From: Takakia lepidozioides
Taxonomy: Eukaryota > Plantae > Bryophyta
Length of the DNA stretch: 64,000 bases
Direction: 5' to 3'
Assembly: GCA_030704615.1 (NCBI GenBank)
Contig: CM060733.1
Span: 3,286,001 to 3,350,000 of the forward strand
Shown here: positions 26,949 through 39,161 of the stretch, piece after piece
Layout of the letters: each line of letters begins with the position of its first letter
Position numbering within the stretch: position 1 is the stretch's first letter
Notes under the pieces: generated by a model
What the model was told of the DNA's origin: nothing
What the model saw: the letters and a program-made list of their open reading frames with translations, nothing else
Databases searched by the model: none
Made by a program: the position numbers and the translations under genes

Positions 26949-27909
26949 TGTCGCGGCCCTTTGCCTTGAGGGCAGGGGGGTCGGGACACATGAAGGGTTG
27001 CCCCTGTGGTGGGGGCAGCGGCAGCGATAGGTATGGGGGGCTAAAGCACCCTTGAGTGCCCAAGGCACCCAAGGAGGCGAAGGCGCTCACTAAGGTGGAG
27101 CCCCGCACACCGGGTTGCGGTGGGGGTGGCTCCACAAGGGGTGGTGGTAGCTTAGCGGGACTTAGTGGGGGTGACATAGGACTCACCATGGGGGCGGAGA
27201 CGTCGTGGTGGGAGTCGTGGGGAGTCTTGGGACTCATCACGGTCCATAGGGGCCGTGGTGAGTGGGCCAAGACTCACCGCGACTCATCACCGGGAGTCGA
27301 GGGTTTTTGTGGTGGTTCGCCATAAAATGGCATGGCTGGTTGTGAAAACCCGCGGACAGCTACATAAGTATATATAAGGGGAGTAGTGTCGCGGCCCTTT
27401 GCCTTGAGGGCAGGGGGTCGGGACACATGAGGGGCTGCCCCTGTGGTGGGGGCAGCGGCAGCGATAGGTATGGGGGGCTGAAGCACCCTTGAGTGCCCAA
27501 GGCACTCAAGGAGGCGGAGGCGCTCACTAGGTGGAGCCCCGCACACCGGGTTGCGGTGGGGGTGGCTCCAACAAGGGGTGGTGGTAGCTTAGCGGGACTT
27601 AGTGGGGGTGGCATAGGACTCACCATGGGGGCGGAGACCTCGTGGTGGGAGTCGTGGGGAGTCTTGGGACTCATCACGGTCCATAGGGGCCGTGGTGAGT
27701 GGGCCAAGACTCACCGCAACTCATCACCGGGAGTCGAGGGTTTTCGTGGTGGTTCACCATAAAATGGCATGGCTGGTTATGAAACCCCCGCGGACAGCTA
27801 CAGAAGTATATAAGGGGAGTAGTGACCCCGAGAACGGTGCAAGCCCGTTGGTGACCAAAAACTAGTGAGTAAGCGAGCGAGCCGGAAAGCGACCAAAGAG
27901 TGGGGAGCT
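26949..27909 (+). mobile_element. Truncated solo LTR of the Ty3 family at 33197-38890, opposite orientation
   Basis: Starts TGTCGCG. Near-identical inverted copy of 33401-34362, with two ~438-bp tandem units (26949, 27387). Lacks the last ~200 bp; no clean TSD. Confidence 0.85.
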
Positions 27910-28330
27910 ACAATCCCTGCGTCCCTTGATGGCAACGTCGACTAGACAGTGGAGGTTACTTGCGGAACCGGCTCAGGTGACCTGGCCCTCACTGTCAGAT
28001 CCACGTGTCTCTTCACCGTTTGAGTGTCCTTTGATCCTTTTCTTGTGTGTGTCATTTCCTCTGAATTGGATTCTTGGATCTACAAGAAAAGTTATCCAAA
28101 TCGGTTAGTGGCTGTCCACAAAGGTGTGCGAACGGAAATATGTATCCGGGTGGAAATATGTTTTATTCGGAAGTCCAGAAAGACGGATATAAGGAAAATA
28201 TTGGGATTATATATAATTACAATATTGTCTTATGGAAATAACATTCGGATTATTCCACTCACAAGTATGTATAATTACAATATTATCATATTGTATTCAG
28301 AAGTGTGTATGAATAAACTTTCACTAATTG

Positions 28331-31300
28331 TCATTCGTTACCTACATCCAGAACCAGATCCTGGGTGACATTCTGGGACACCAGCTCACGACGATTGTTA
28401 ACGGGATCCGGTGACATAATGAATGGCTCGTCACCTTCCACAGGTGTGAACCCTTGACCGAGGGTTTCAACGAACTCCGTCGATGTCGCTTCTTGTCCGC
28501 TTGGAGAAGCCAGATTCTTATTCGTGGTGTTATCGGAACTGGAGGAAGAGCTGTCCAGATTGTGTACATCTTGTGGCGCAACGCGTTCTTGGGTATTTGG
28601 AGTACTACCTAGATTATCCAACCGTGAAATTTCCTGGCCCTCTCTTTCCCTTTCCAACATTAGCCGCATCTGCCCCTGGACTCTGTTGACGATTTCCATG
28701 TTCTCATCTTCGTCTTTCTCCTCCTCCTCGTCCTCTTCTTGTTTCTCCTCCATTTCCTCGTCCTGATCCTTGTCGTGCCCTTCGTCATCATCTTCTTTGT
28801 CCACTTCGTCATCATGCAATGAGTCTCCGTCATCTCCATCTCCTGTGATAGTCTGATTGTCAATCTGGAGGGTCCTGAAATAGGCCTCCACCTTGCTTCT
28901 ATAAAATTTCTTTTTTGTTACAAAGTTTATGTCGAGCACACGAATATTTCTTTCCTGCAATGAAACCAAATAATGATATCAAAATAAATCCGACGAACAC
29001 CAACCATCGATAGATTGAAAGGGTTAGGCTTTCTTTTGAGAAACTACCAAATACACCAATCTGCAGAATAACAAACACCCACAACTCCAATAACATGAAC
29101 CTCCACTGCCCAGTGGAGGTTAAAAAAATGGAACAATCAGACACAGGTTAAACACGCTTTTCCGACAACGTCAATAATACGAGAGTTAAATCCGGAAAAC
29201 TGAAAACACAGACAATTCCAAGATGCAGAATCCGCTTACAAGAAGAACGTATGTCATTGCCAGTCCTCCGAAAATGTTCACACAAGACATCCCGTCCCTA
29301 CAAAAAAAAATGACTAGGTAATCGCAGGTGTCCGGCCTCAGCTCATGATTGTAAGTCCTGCACTCCATCTCCTGCGAGGTCGGGTCTACATCTGGTCCTT
29401 GGATAACGGGATTAATTGGGTCCGGCGATAACAAAACAGTTTGAATGTGGTCATCCGGATTCACCATCTCCTCAACTGTTGCCGAAAATACGTAGTTGAG
29501 GCAGAGGACCATCCGGAAGAATATAGTCGTGCAGCTCTTGTAAGGTGATTCAAACTCGCCGGGAATGTAATAACCCTGTCGGATAATAAACGATTTTGAT
29601 CCAGGGCCATTCCGGATGTATGACACAAGATTTCCCGATGATTCTTGTGTGGAGAAAAACACAAAAGCATTGGACATGAGTTGCTGAGCCACAAAAGCAT
29701 CCAAGATATTTGAGTAGTCATTTGTCTCGAAGACAATAAAGTCATCATCACAAACTGTATTGACGAATACCATGGATATGTCGTCGAACCGATTCTTTGG
29801 TGCAAGTCCCAACCGTGATCTGGCATCAGCAAATTTCTGGTTTCCCCCCAGCTGTGTGTAATGGGACCTGAAGCTCGTGCGTAGAATCGCCAGGGCATTC
29901 TGGTTATCCTCGAAGGTCTGCTTGCACGACAAGATATACTTCTTGAAGGCAGCAGTCATTGGCTGCGTCTCCATATTCATCTTCTGTTTGCTAACAATGT
30001 AGTCGTTCCCGAGCCTATCTCGAAATGTTTCAAACTCAGCTTTGTTGAAGTTGTAATTTTTTTTAACATCACACCACTCTTGTTTGGTATACAGTTCCGG
30101 GTTCTGTTTGCTCCTCCGAGGCCACCCTAAGACTTCCATTACATCGTCGATAATAAACCGTCGCAATTTCATTTGGTCAATATACGCGCTCATTGTGTTT
30201 TTGGATTTGTCCGCGCCCTTGAATTTCGTTCCCCGAATGCAAATGTCTCTGTTTAGGATTTTCTCCGCCACTCTTTTCAACTGCCTTGGTATTAAGTCCT
30301 TGTAGTTTCACGATAGCGGTTTTATTCAACGGTAGCTGTTCACCCTTGCACTGAATCCCGAAAATATCAATAAGCTTTCCTTGTTCCCACTGTTTGAAAA
30401 CCTCCTCCCACAGGTTCCATACGTCTTCGTCACAGAGAACCAGAACCATGGCCTCCTTCAGGCTACTCATCTCCAGTATGAGTTGACATCCTTGCATAAA
30501 TTCCTACAAAAAATATCAGGGCCAAAGTTAGAAATTTCATTCAATATTTGATATTAATCTTGAGATGAAACAATAATCACAACTATCTTGTCAATTATAC
30601 TATACACCAAGTGATGATTCGATTGTGAATTCATCTTCGTCCATCTTGTTGTGCCTTGTAATTTGAAGCTCTTTCTGTAGTGTCTCCTGCTTCGGAATGC
30701 GGTGCTCCTCCAAGTCAAATTTGTCCAATCTGTTCATGTTCTCCACTAGGAACAGTTCCAAGAGTGTACCTAGAAAATCCTTGAAAAACCCAATGAGCAT
30801 GAAAAGTTTTGGAAGCGTTCTCCGCAACATCACGTTTTCATGATCATATGATGTTTCAAGTATTTTTGCGGCACATTTGCGGAACTGTTACAGGTGGAGA
30901 ACATAAATAGATTGGGAAAATAAGAACTGGACAAGCACCTCATTACCAAACAAGACACATTACAAAAGACCCCATCATGTCGAATTTCCAAATGCTGAAC
31001 CATCCCGCTCGTTCATTGTAGCACCCTCCCTTATGAAGGTTTTTTTGTATTGTCTCCTGCTTCGTAATGCGGTCTCCGTTCGTCACATTAAATCCAAGCT
31101 TGAGAATATTTTTGTTCTCTAGCAAAATGAACGGAAAACACAATGAATCATTTACCTTCCATTGTCTAGTCTCCGACTTCGTTGTGTGATCGTTGTACTT
31201 TTTCGGCCTCCCCCTCAGCTCGAAGAAATTTCGGGCATGTGCAACTTTCTCGGGAAATGTTGTGTCAAATCTCTGCGCCTTATTCGGGTCGTTTAGGAGC

Positions 31301-32627
31301 TTAGATAGCTTCACGAGCCTCATAAGATCCTTTGACCATATAATCTTTGAGGGCCAGTCAGTGTAGTACTTCTTAAGATTGTCGTCGTCTACGTCTTGCA
31401 CAAGTTCCTGCGACATAATTGAATAAGGTCAGAAATGATATCGACCTAACAAGCATGTTGTTTAAAGTTCATGAACCTCCACTGTTCAGTGGAGGTTCAT
31501 GTTGTTACAAAAATTGGATTTTGTCGGGAAATTTACCTTGGCAGCAATGATCGTGTGTTGTCCACCGATGACGAAGAATCTGGAATTTTCCACCTCCTTC
31601 CAGTTTCGAGGTTTCGAACTAGAAACCTCCATAGGCTTCTCGGGGTTTGCGGGAATCAAATAAACTGGATGTTTGGAGTCGAACACCCGGAGCTGGTAAA
31701 GACGCGCTTTGACTTCGTCTTTGTGCTTCACATTTAGGGGCCTGTACACCATATCTCTGGGAGCAAGCTCCATCATGGAAACTTTGACGTCATGGGTCGC
31801 CTCAAACCCAAAAGGAAACATGTCCTTGTAGTCTTGCTCCAGCCTCTCCAGCATCTTCTCACACTTGTCTTTGTCGAATATGTCTGCAGCCTTGGGTTTC
31901 TTGGTATCTGTCATGAACGCATGATCCATCTCCTCCTTTTGTTTCTTCTTTCCCCTGATATACCGGCTTCATTGTCATCACCACCGGCGTCAATGGATTT
32001 CCGTTTTCCCTTCTTTGGCTTCGCTCTTGCAGCCTCCTCCTCTCGCGTCTTTGCAATCTCCTTACCCTTTAAGTAAAGCACATCCAAGAAATACCCCAAG
32101 CCATGCAAAAACCTTCATCTGTAAATTGAGTACCCTCGTCGCAATATGTGAACCCCGCCCGAATTGGACTCTCTCATCATGGCCTTCCTTAGAATTCGTA
32201 CCTTCAGTTTGAAGCCAAACGTTCTGGGAAATCTACCATCTTCCATCATGAACATTACCAACATCGGAAATTCCACATCCATCTCCAGCTCTATGTCGAC
32301 CACATCTGCATATTTGAGCTCGGCGACCTCTGCACCAATCTTGTATTGGAACCGGAACTTATGGTCCGGAGGTGTGCCAACGAGTAAAATGCCCCATTCT
32401 GTGATCTCCGGGTTCAGCTCAAAAATTGCCAGGTGATCATTCTTGAAATTCGGAGATTTTCGAGAAACAAATGAACCACAGATAGGTTTGCACATTCCAA
32501 CAATACAATCCCTCGGGGTAATGTTGTTGTCCACAGAACAAACCACCTCGGTCCTCAGACACATATCATGACAACCATACAAGATTCCCAGGACAGTAAC
32601 CTCCACTGTCCAGTGGAGGTTCAACAA
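28331..32627 (-). CDS. Element-1 accessory gene: ParB/Srx-like N-terminal domain, degenerate beta-class DNA amino-MTase-like fold, acidic tail (multi-exon, partly decayed)
   Basis: 31486-31929 has VYRPLN..FFVIGGQHTIIAAK (ParB-like boxes). 29186-30280 ends HELRPDTCDYLVIFFCRDGMSCVNIFGGLAMTYVLL, spliced to ERNIRVLDIN, resembling KP..L..LI....GD.VLDPF.GSG.T....GR..IG.E. The DPPY-equivalent position is degenerate. Confidence 0.6.
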
Positions 32628-33196
32628 TTCATACGCTCATAGCTGACAGATAAAAGAGTTCAATTCAGGAGGAGAAAACGATTTCACTTATAAGAAGAAT
32701 AATACATTTATTCAGAGAAGGCTCGTCTCGCCATTCCATACATCATGCGGTCTCAAAATTGTTCCTATAACGAATATATAATTTCTACAAGAAATCGATA
32801 TTCTTTTGTAAGATGAGTTTCATCTTTTCATTTTCTTGTATCTACAATAACTACAAGAGGCTCTCTCGAATCATCCTCAAGGTTTCAGGGGAGTACTCTC
32901 TAGGTGTATATGTCGTAGAATTTCCAGAGATGTATTCTGGAGAATCTCCAAGGTCGTACTGAGGAGAATCTGCGGGGACATATTCTGGAGAATCAGCAGG
33001 GACATATTCTGGAGAATTTACAAGGACTGCATACTGAGGAGAGTGAGGACTGTATCCTGGAGAGGACGGAAGGACGGATCCCGAGTACTGTTCACTATCT
33101 CCTACAGAAATGTCATTATCTGAATCAGACTGAAGATTACAATCATCACTTTCATCTTTCTCTTTCTCTGTTTCCTCCGTCGTCTCCCGTCAAATA

Positions 33197-34362
33197 TGTC
33201 GCGCACCTCACTTCGGTAAACTCCCCTTCAAGTCATAGTTACTCGCTTTGATGCGCGCGCCTGACTCCCAACCTGGCCGCCGGGCCAACTTGGAGCTTCG
33301 GCTGCTCACCGGGACATAACGGTCCCCCTTCGCTCCCCCACTAAACCCTCCACCTATTTGGGCCTAGTGGAATTCCCTTTGGTAGATGGCAGTCCGGAAC
33401 AGCTCCCCACTCTTTGGTCGCTTTCCGGCTCGCTCGCTTACTCACTAGTTTTTGGTCACCAACGGGCTTGCACCGTTCTCGGGGTCACTACTCCCCTTAT
33501 ATACTTCTGTAGCTGTCCGCGGGGGTTTCAGAACCAGCCATGCCATTTTATGGCGAACCACCACGAAAACCCTCGACTCCCGGTGATGAGTCGCGGTGAG
33601 TCTTGGCCCACTCACCACGGCCCCTATGGACCGTGACGAGTCCCAAGACTCCCCATGACTCCCACCACGAGGTCTCCGCCCCCATGGTGAGTCCTATGCC
33701 ACCCCCACTAAGACCCGCTAAGCTACCACCACCCCTTGTTGGAGCCACCCCCACCGCAACCCGGTGTGCGGGGCTCCACCTAGTGAGCGCCTCCGCCTCC
33801 TTGAGTGCCTTGGGCACTCAAGGGTGCTTCAGCCCCCCATACCTATCGCTGCCGCTGCCCCCACCACAGGGGCAGCCCCTCATGTGTCCTGACCCCCTGC
33901 CCTCAAGGCAAAGGGCCGCGACGCTACTCCCCTTATATATACTTCTGTAGCTGTCCGCGGGGGTTTCACAACCAGCCATGCCATTTTATGGCGAACCACC
34001 ACGAAAACCCTCGACTCCCGGTGATGAGTCGCGGTGAGTCTTGGCCCACTCACCATGGCCCCTATGGACCGTGATGAGTCCCAAGACTCCCCACGACTCC
34101 CACCACGAGGTCTCCGCCCCCATGGTGAGTCCTATGCCACCCCCACTAAGTCCCGCTAAGCTACCACCACCCCTTGTGGAGCCACCCCCACCGCAACCCG
34201 GTGTGCGGGGCTCCACCTTAGTGAGTGCCTCCGCCTCCTTGGGTGCCTTGGGCACTCAAGGGTGCTTCAGCCCCCCATACCTATCGCTGCCGCTGCCCCC
34301 ACCACAGGGGCAACCCCTCATGTGTCCCGACCCCCCTGCCCTCAAGGCAAAGGGTCGCGACA
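33197..34362 (-). repeat. 3' LTR of Ty3 chromovirus (1166 bp) with internal ~438-bp tandem duplication
   Basis: On the minus strand it starts TGTCGCG at 34362, just after a PPT-like GGTAGGGGTGTG, and ends CGCGACA at 33197 (7-bp terminal inverted repeat). Confidence 0.85.
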
Positions 34363-35012
34363 CACACCCCTACCAACAGGGAGTCGATGTCCTCATCGAC
34401 TTGTCCATTTTGTAGAAACAAACATCCAAGTTGTGGCGTCCCACATCAAGGAGTTTGTTTCCGTACCATGGCGTCCCATGGCAAAGAACCAAAACCCCAC
34501 ACTTGACTCTACTCTCCACTAGCTAGTTCGGCCGACTTCCTCCAAGTTCCGGCCAAGGGTGGAGCCTCTCAAGCTCCTCCCAGTGCACTCTTCTTGGCCT
34601 ACTTCAAGGCCAAGGAACGATCCTCCCTGAGGATCGAATCGCCTTACTGCAACAACATTGCTTGCGATCGCTCATGATGCCGCTTTTGGCATCACCTTGA
34701 GCAAGGGTTCACCTGGAACCCTCTTTGACTAGGAAGATAACCTTGAACCAACCGTGCGCCCCAATCACTACAATTGGGTCCGCCTTGGAATGCTGGCCTG
34801 AGGTACGGGAACACGCCGAAGCCGCACTACGACTTCGTCCCGAGGCTACACGATTATAGTACGTGAACGGAAGCACGTAGCTTCCACGTTAGCCAGCACT
34901 ACAAGGCAACCCCCTCGGTAGCGCAGTTATAGTACGCGCACGCGCCAGGTGCGCACTAGCACGTGAACTCCCAAAGAAGGTCACCCGATTTTGGCACTAC
35001 GCAAACACACGA

Positions 35013-37535
35013 TTAAGCCAATTTACCTCTCCCACTTTTATAAGCTAGCAGCCTCGTCCCCATCTTCTTCCAAAGTGTCCTCCAAAATTTACTCGTAAAC
35101 TTTGGATCGCGGTCCGAGACAATATCCTTCGGGACTCCATGATGTTTTAAGACGTGGGCGAAGTAAAGTCGCCCTGTCTCTTGCGCCGTTGCCGTCTCCT
35201 TGGTGGGGATGAAATGGCCCATTTTACTGAACCTATCCACCACCACCATGATTGCATCGAATCCTTTTGACAGCGGCATAGCAGTCATGAAATCCATCGA
35301 GACGCTTTCCCAAGTCCCCTCTGGAATCGGCAAGGGTTGTAACAGCCCCGCTTGCTTTTTGTACTCGCTCCGGTTTTGTTGGCATGTGGTGCATGTCTTG
35401 ACATACTCCTTTGCCTCCTCCCTCAGTTTGGGCCAGAAATACTCTTTCTTTAAGAGTGCCGTAGTGCGCTTGGCTCCGCCGTGGCCCGCAAGCGGGCTAT
35501 CATGGCATTCTCTCAAGAGACTATCTCTGATCCCTCCCTTCGGCACGTAGAGACGCTTTTGCTTATACCGGAGCAGTCCATTTTGTAAGTGGAATTGCGA
35601 TTTAACCCCCCTCCTCAAGTCTTGCATCACGGACTTCGCCAGCTCATCCTTCTGGCAAGCCTTCCGGATCTTCCTTTGGAGCGCCGTCTCGCCCCTGTAC
35701 ACCATCAGGAGCTGCTGCTTTATACTTAAAGCATCGGCCACCACATTGTCACGTCCCGGTTTGTATTGGATATCCACGTCAAACACCGCCAAAGTATCTT
35801 GCCACCTAAGTTGTTTTGGGGACAACTTGGGCTGCGTGGCAAAATACTTCACCGTAACATTGTCCGTGAACACCTTCACTGGGTTGGAACCAACATAGTG
35901 GCGCCAAAGCTCAAGACAGTGCACCACCGCCTTCATCTCTTTTTCGTGCGTCGGCCACCGTCGCTCCACTTCGTTCAGTTTCTTACTTTCGTAACCCACT
36001 GGACGTCCATCTTGCATCAGTACACCCCCAATCGCAAAGTCCGACGCATCTGTATGAATCTCGAACGGCCGATCGACCTCCGGGATTTTCAAGACTGGAG
36101 CTTCCGCCATCCGCTGCTTCAATTCAGCAAAAGCTTGGCCACACAAGGTGTTCCATACCCAGACTTTGGATTTACACAGAAGGTCTGACAACGGCCCCGC
36201 GATCTTGGCAAAATTTCTCACATACTTCCGGTAATAGGAGGCGAGTCCTAGGAAGGATCGCACTCCCGGGACCGAAGTCAGAGGCTCCTAGTCCAAGATC
36301 GCCCTCACCTTTCTGTCATCCATTTTGATCCCATCCTGTGTAATCACATGCCCCAGGAACTCCACTTTTGTGACCCCGAATTCGCACTTTGAAGCTTTGG
36401 CATACAGCTTCCCTTCCCGCAATTTCTGGAACACCCTTTTGAGGTGCTCCAGGTGCTCTTCTTTTGTTTTCGAATACACCAAGATGTCGTCGATGTACAC
36501 GATCACAAAATCATCCAACCACTCCTGGAAAAGGCTGTTCATCAGCGTGCTAAAGGTCGTGGGTGCATTGGTGAGCCCAAAAGGCATCACCAAGAACTCA
36601 TATGAACCATACCTTGTCCTGCACGCGGTCTTCTCCTCATCTCCTTCCGCCACTCGAATTTGATGATAGCCGGAGCGCAGATCGATCCGGCTGAAATACT
36701 TCGCTCCTGCCAACCGATCGAAAAGGTCGTCGATCCTTGGCAAAGGATACCGGTTTTTGATAGTCACCTTATTCAAAGCCCTGTAATCGACACACATCCG
36801 TAGCGTCCCATCCTTCTTGTCTGCGAATAGCACCGGGGCTCCGTAAGGTGACTTACTCGGCCGGATGTACCCCTTTGACATTAGATCTTTGAGCTGAGTC
36901 TTCAGCTCGACCAACTCTCTGTGGCTTAACCGGTAGGGCGCCTTGGCAGGCGGTTCCGATCCCGGTATCACCTCAATCTTGTGGTCAGCTCCTCTTCGTG
37001 GTGGCAAGCCGCTTGGTAAATCCTCCGACATCACATCCTGGTATCTCTCCAAAATCCCCTTGATCCAATCTGGGCTCGGCTCCCCATCGCCTTCTCCCTT
37101 CACTTCTCTAATGTAAAGCAAAAACTGTGGCTCGTGTGCCTCCTCCACGGCCCACTCCCTTGCTGACAGAAGGTTCATTCGCCCTCCCACGGGTTTGGGC
37201 ATTTCCGACACTCGTAAGATCTCCCCACCATTCCCACATGACAGCGTGACTACTCTCTTGCGGCCATCTATGACCGCTCCGGATTTGCTCAAAAAAGTCA
37301 TCCCCAAAATGAGATCTACTCCATCGATCTCGCAGATGGTGAAGTTCTCACGTCCCTCCCAACTCCCCAGTTGAAGAGGAACATCAAATGCTAACCTTGT
37401 CGTCAATTGCGGTTCTCCTTTGGCAGAACGCACCTCAATAGAGGCCCCCACGTCACTTGTCGGGAGTCCCAACTTTTGTGCCGTTGCCGGTGTCATGAAG
37501 GAGTGCGACGCTCCTGTGTCCACCAAACGACACAT
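35013..37535 (-). pseudogene. pol: Ty3 Pol (protease, RT, RNase H, partial integrase)
   Basis: [40 protein letters not shown] zinc finger, VSMDF, IVSDRD. In-frame TAG between ORFs 36288..37535 and 35013..36263. Confidence 0.93.
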
Positions 37536-38799
37536 TAGTTCTGGATATTATCCCATCCACGAACAATAACTGACTCCCTTTACGTAAGGCGCCAATTTCC
37601 TGATACAACTCACAAGAAAATTTGCCTACCTTGCAAGTCCTGGCGACCACCGCTTCCACCAAGCGACTGATGGTATCTTCCGACAGCTCTGTGGTCGCCC
37701 GAGTCATGTTCAATTGCCGGGGCTTCGTGCACTTCTTGGCCATGTGCCCGGGCTCCCCACAATTGAAACACACTCCATCAAAGGTTGCCTTCTGTGCGCC
37801 ATAGGCCGCTCCACCCGCTTTTCCTTTCGAAGCACCGGGTGCCGCCTTGGCTTGTGATGGCCCTCCCTTTGATTTCCACGAGCCATTGTCGCCGCGTGGC
37901 CTATCCCACTTCTTTTCCGGTCGGAAGGAGCCACCTTCCCGCCGGGTCTTCTTGTGATTCAGCTCCGTACGGCCTTGTCTTTCACCCCTAGGGACATCTG
38001 AGAAACATTCAGCCCTCTCAATTGCCTCGTTCAAAGTCTTAGGTGGCTTCTCCTCCAACTTCCGCCTGGCCCATGGGGCCAGTCCCGCCACAAAGTTGAA
38101 GACCATTTCCGGTTCTGCCATGTCTGCGACTTCGAGCAAAAGCACATTGAAAGCCTGGACATATCCCCGAGTGTCGTCTGTTTGCTTCAAATTCCTCATC
38201 TTGTCCCGGGCAAGCCAGGACGCGTTGAGGGGCACAAACTGTCTCTTCATCAATTCCTTGAACCCACTCCAGTTCAAGGTTTCCGGGCTTGGACCTCGGT
38301 CATGAAGGCGTTTCTGCCACCATTGTTGAGCATAGCCCCTCAAATAGGTGGGAGCCACTTCCACCCGGTCCTCGTCACTCAACTTGGCCGCCCGGAAGTA
38401 CTGCTCTAGCTCCAGGAGCCAGGTGTTGAGTGCCTTCCGATTTCGGACGCCCTCGAAGGTGCCGGGTTCTTTAGGCTTCAACTTAAATTTTGCCTTAGTG
38501 GAAGTGTCATTAGCCGCCTTCAACACGTCTTTCAATGTCCCGCCAAATTGCGCCAATAACCCTTCCCAAAAGGCTGTCGGCATGGGAGGCATCTGTTGGT
38601 CGGTCGGAGCTCTCAGGGATTCCTCGGGCTCCGACTCCTCAGATTCCTCCTGCTCTTGAGCGGCCTCGTTTTTGGAGACATGCATCGCTTCCTCAAACGG
38701 CCGCCTCGGTGACACGTCGCCCCCATCGGGCTCACCAGGATGAGCGTAGCTACGGCGTGAGCCCAGCCCCGTGAGCCTGGGAGCTGAGCTCACGTCCAA
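37453..38799 (-). CDS. gag: Ty3 Gag
   Basis: Retrotransposon gag core ([14 protein letters not shown]...YVQAF) and zinc knuckle [14 protein letters not shown]. Confidence 0.92.
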   Translation of the reverse strand: MDVSSAPRLTGLGSRRSYAHPGEPDGGDVSPRRPFEEAMHVSKNEAAQEQEESEESEPEESLRAPTDQQMPPMPTAFWEGLLAQFGGTLKDVLKAANDTSTKAKFKLKPKEPGTFEGVRNRKALNTWLLELEQYFRAAKLSDEDRVEVAPTYLRGYAQQWWQKRLHDRGPSPETLNWSGFKELMKRQFVPLNASWLARDKMRNLKQTDDTRGYVQAFNVLLLEVADMAEPEMVFNFVAGLAPWARRKLEEKPPKTLNEAIERAECFSDVPRGERQGRTELNHKKTRREGGSFRPEKKWDRPRGDNGSWKSKGGPSQAKAAPGASKGKAGGAAYGAQKATFDGVCFNCGEPGHMAKKCTKPRQLNMTRATTELSEDTISRLVEAVVARTCKVGKFSCELYQEIGALRKGSQLLFVDGIISRTNVSFGGHRSVALLHDTGNGTKVGTPDK

Positions 38800-39161
38800 G
38801 CTAGAAAGCGTGAGCTGAGCTCACGCTTCAGGGAAGCGTGAGCGGCACCAATCTGCTGGAGAAGAAGGTCCTATAGGCGAGGATTGCAGGAAGAGGGCCT
38901 ATTACCATGGACAAAACAAAGGGGGACCAACACACACCATGTGTGCAATGCCCGCTCAAAAACAGAAATATGAAAACATGGCAGATTTGAGCTCAGAATG
39001 ATTGTCACAGTTTATTTCAATTCACAGATAGACGCTTACAATGAATTGCATGTGCATTTGCCCTGGTTCCGTAAACGAAATCCATATGTTTGTCAGAAAT
39101 GCAAAGTCTTCACACGGCAACCTGCAAACCAGCATGGGAAGCGGGCATGGCTCGTATGTGT

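Larger units (their letters stand above)
22795..32621. repeat. Dispersed 24-bp palindrome AACCTCCACTGNNCAGTGGAGGTT, about nine copies across element 1
   Basis: Copies at ~22795, 24229, 24445 (perfect 26-bp palindrome), ~24565 (partial), 26579, 27934, 29098, 31474, 32598. Confidence 0.88.
33197..38890 (-). mobile_element. Ty3/gypsy LTR retrotransposon, chromovirus-like; 5' LTR absent from window; defective
   Basis: Domain order gag, PR, RT, RH, INT, followed by the 3' LTR. Nonsense codon at 36288; integrase truncated at ~35055; possible degraded chromodomain at ~34400-34510. Confidence 0.92.

Noticed and set aside
26869-27762. Pro/Gly-rich ORFs, also at 33358-34522
   Set aside because: They lie in the GC-rich LTR tandem repeat and have no coding signature.
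26949-34362. Inverted repeats as TIRs of a foldback DNA transposon carrying the ParB-like gene
   Set aside because: They are LTR sequence: one copy follows a PPT and Ty3 pol and continues to a CGCGACA end.
38836-38856. TGGTGCCGC as the Ty3 primer-binding site
   Set aside because: The adjacent sequence does not match the LTR at 33197-34362.
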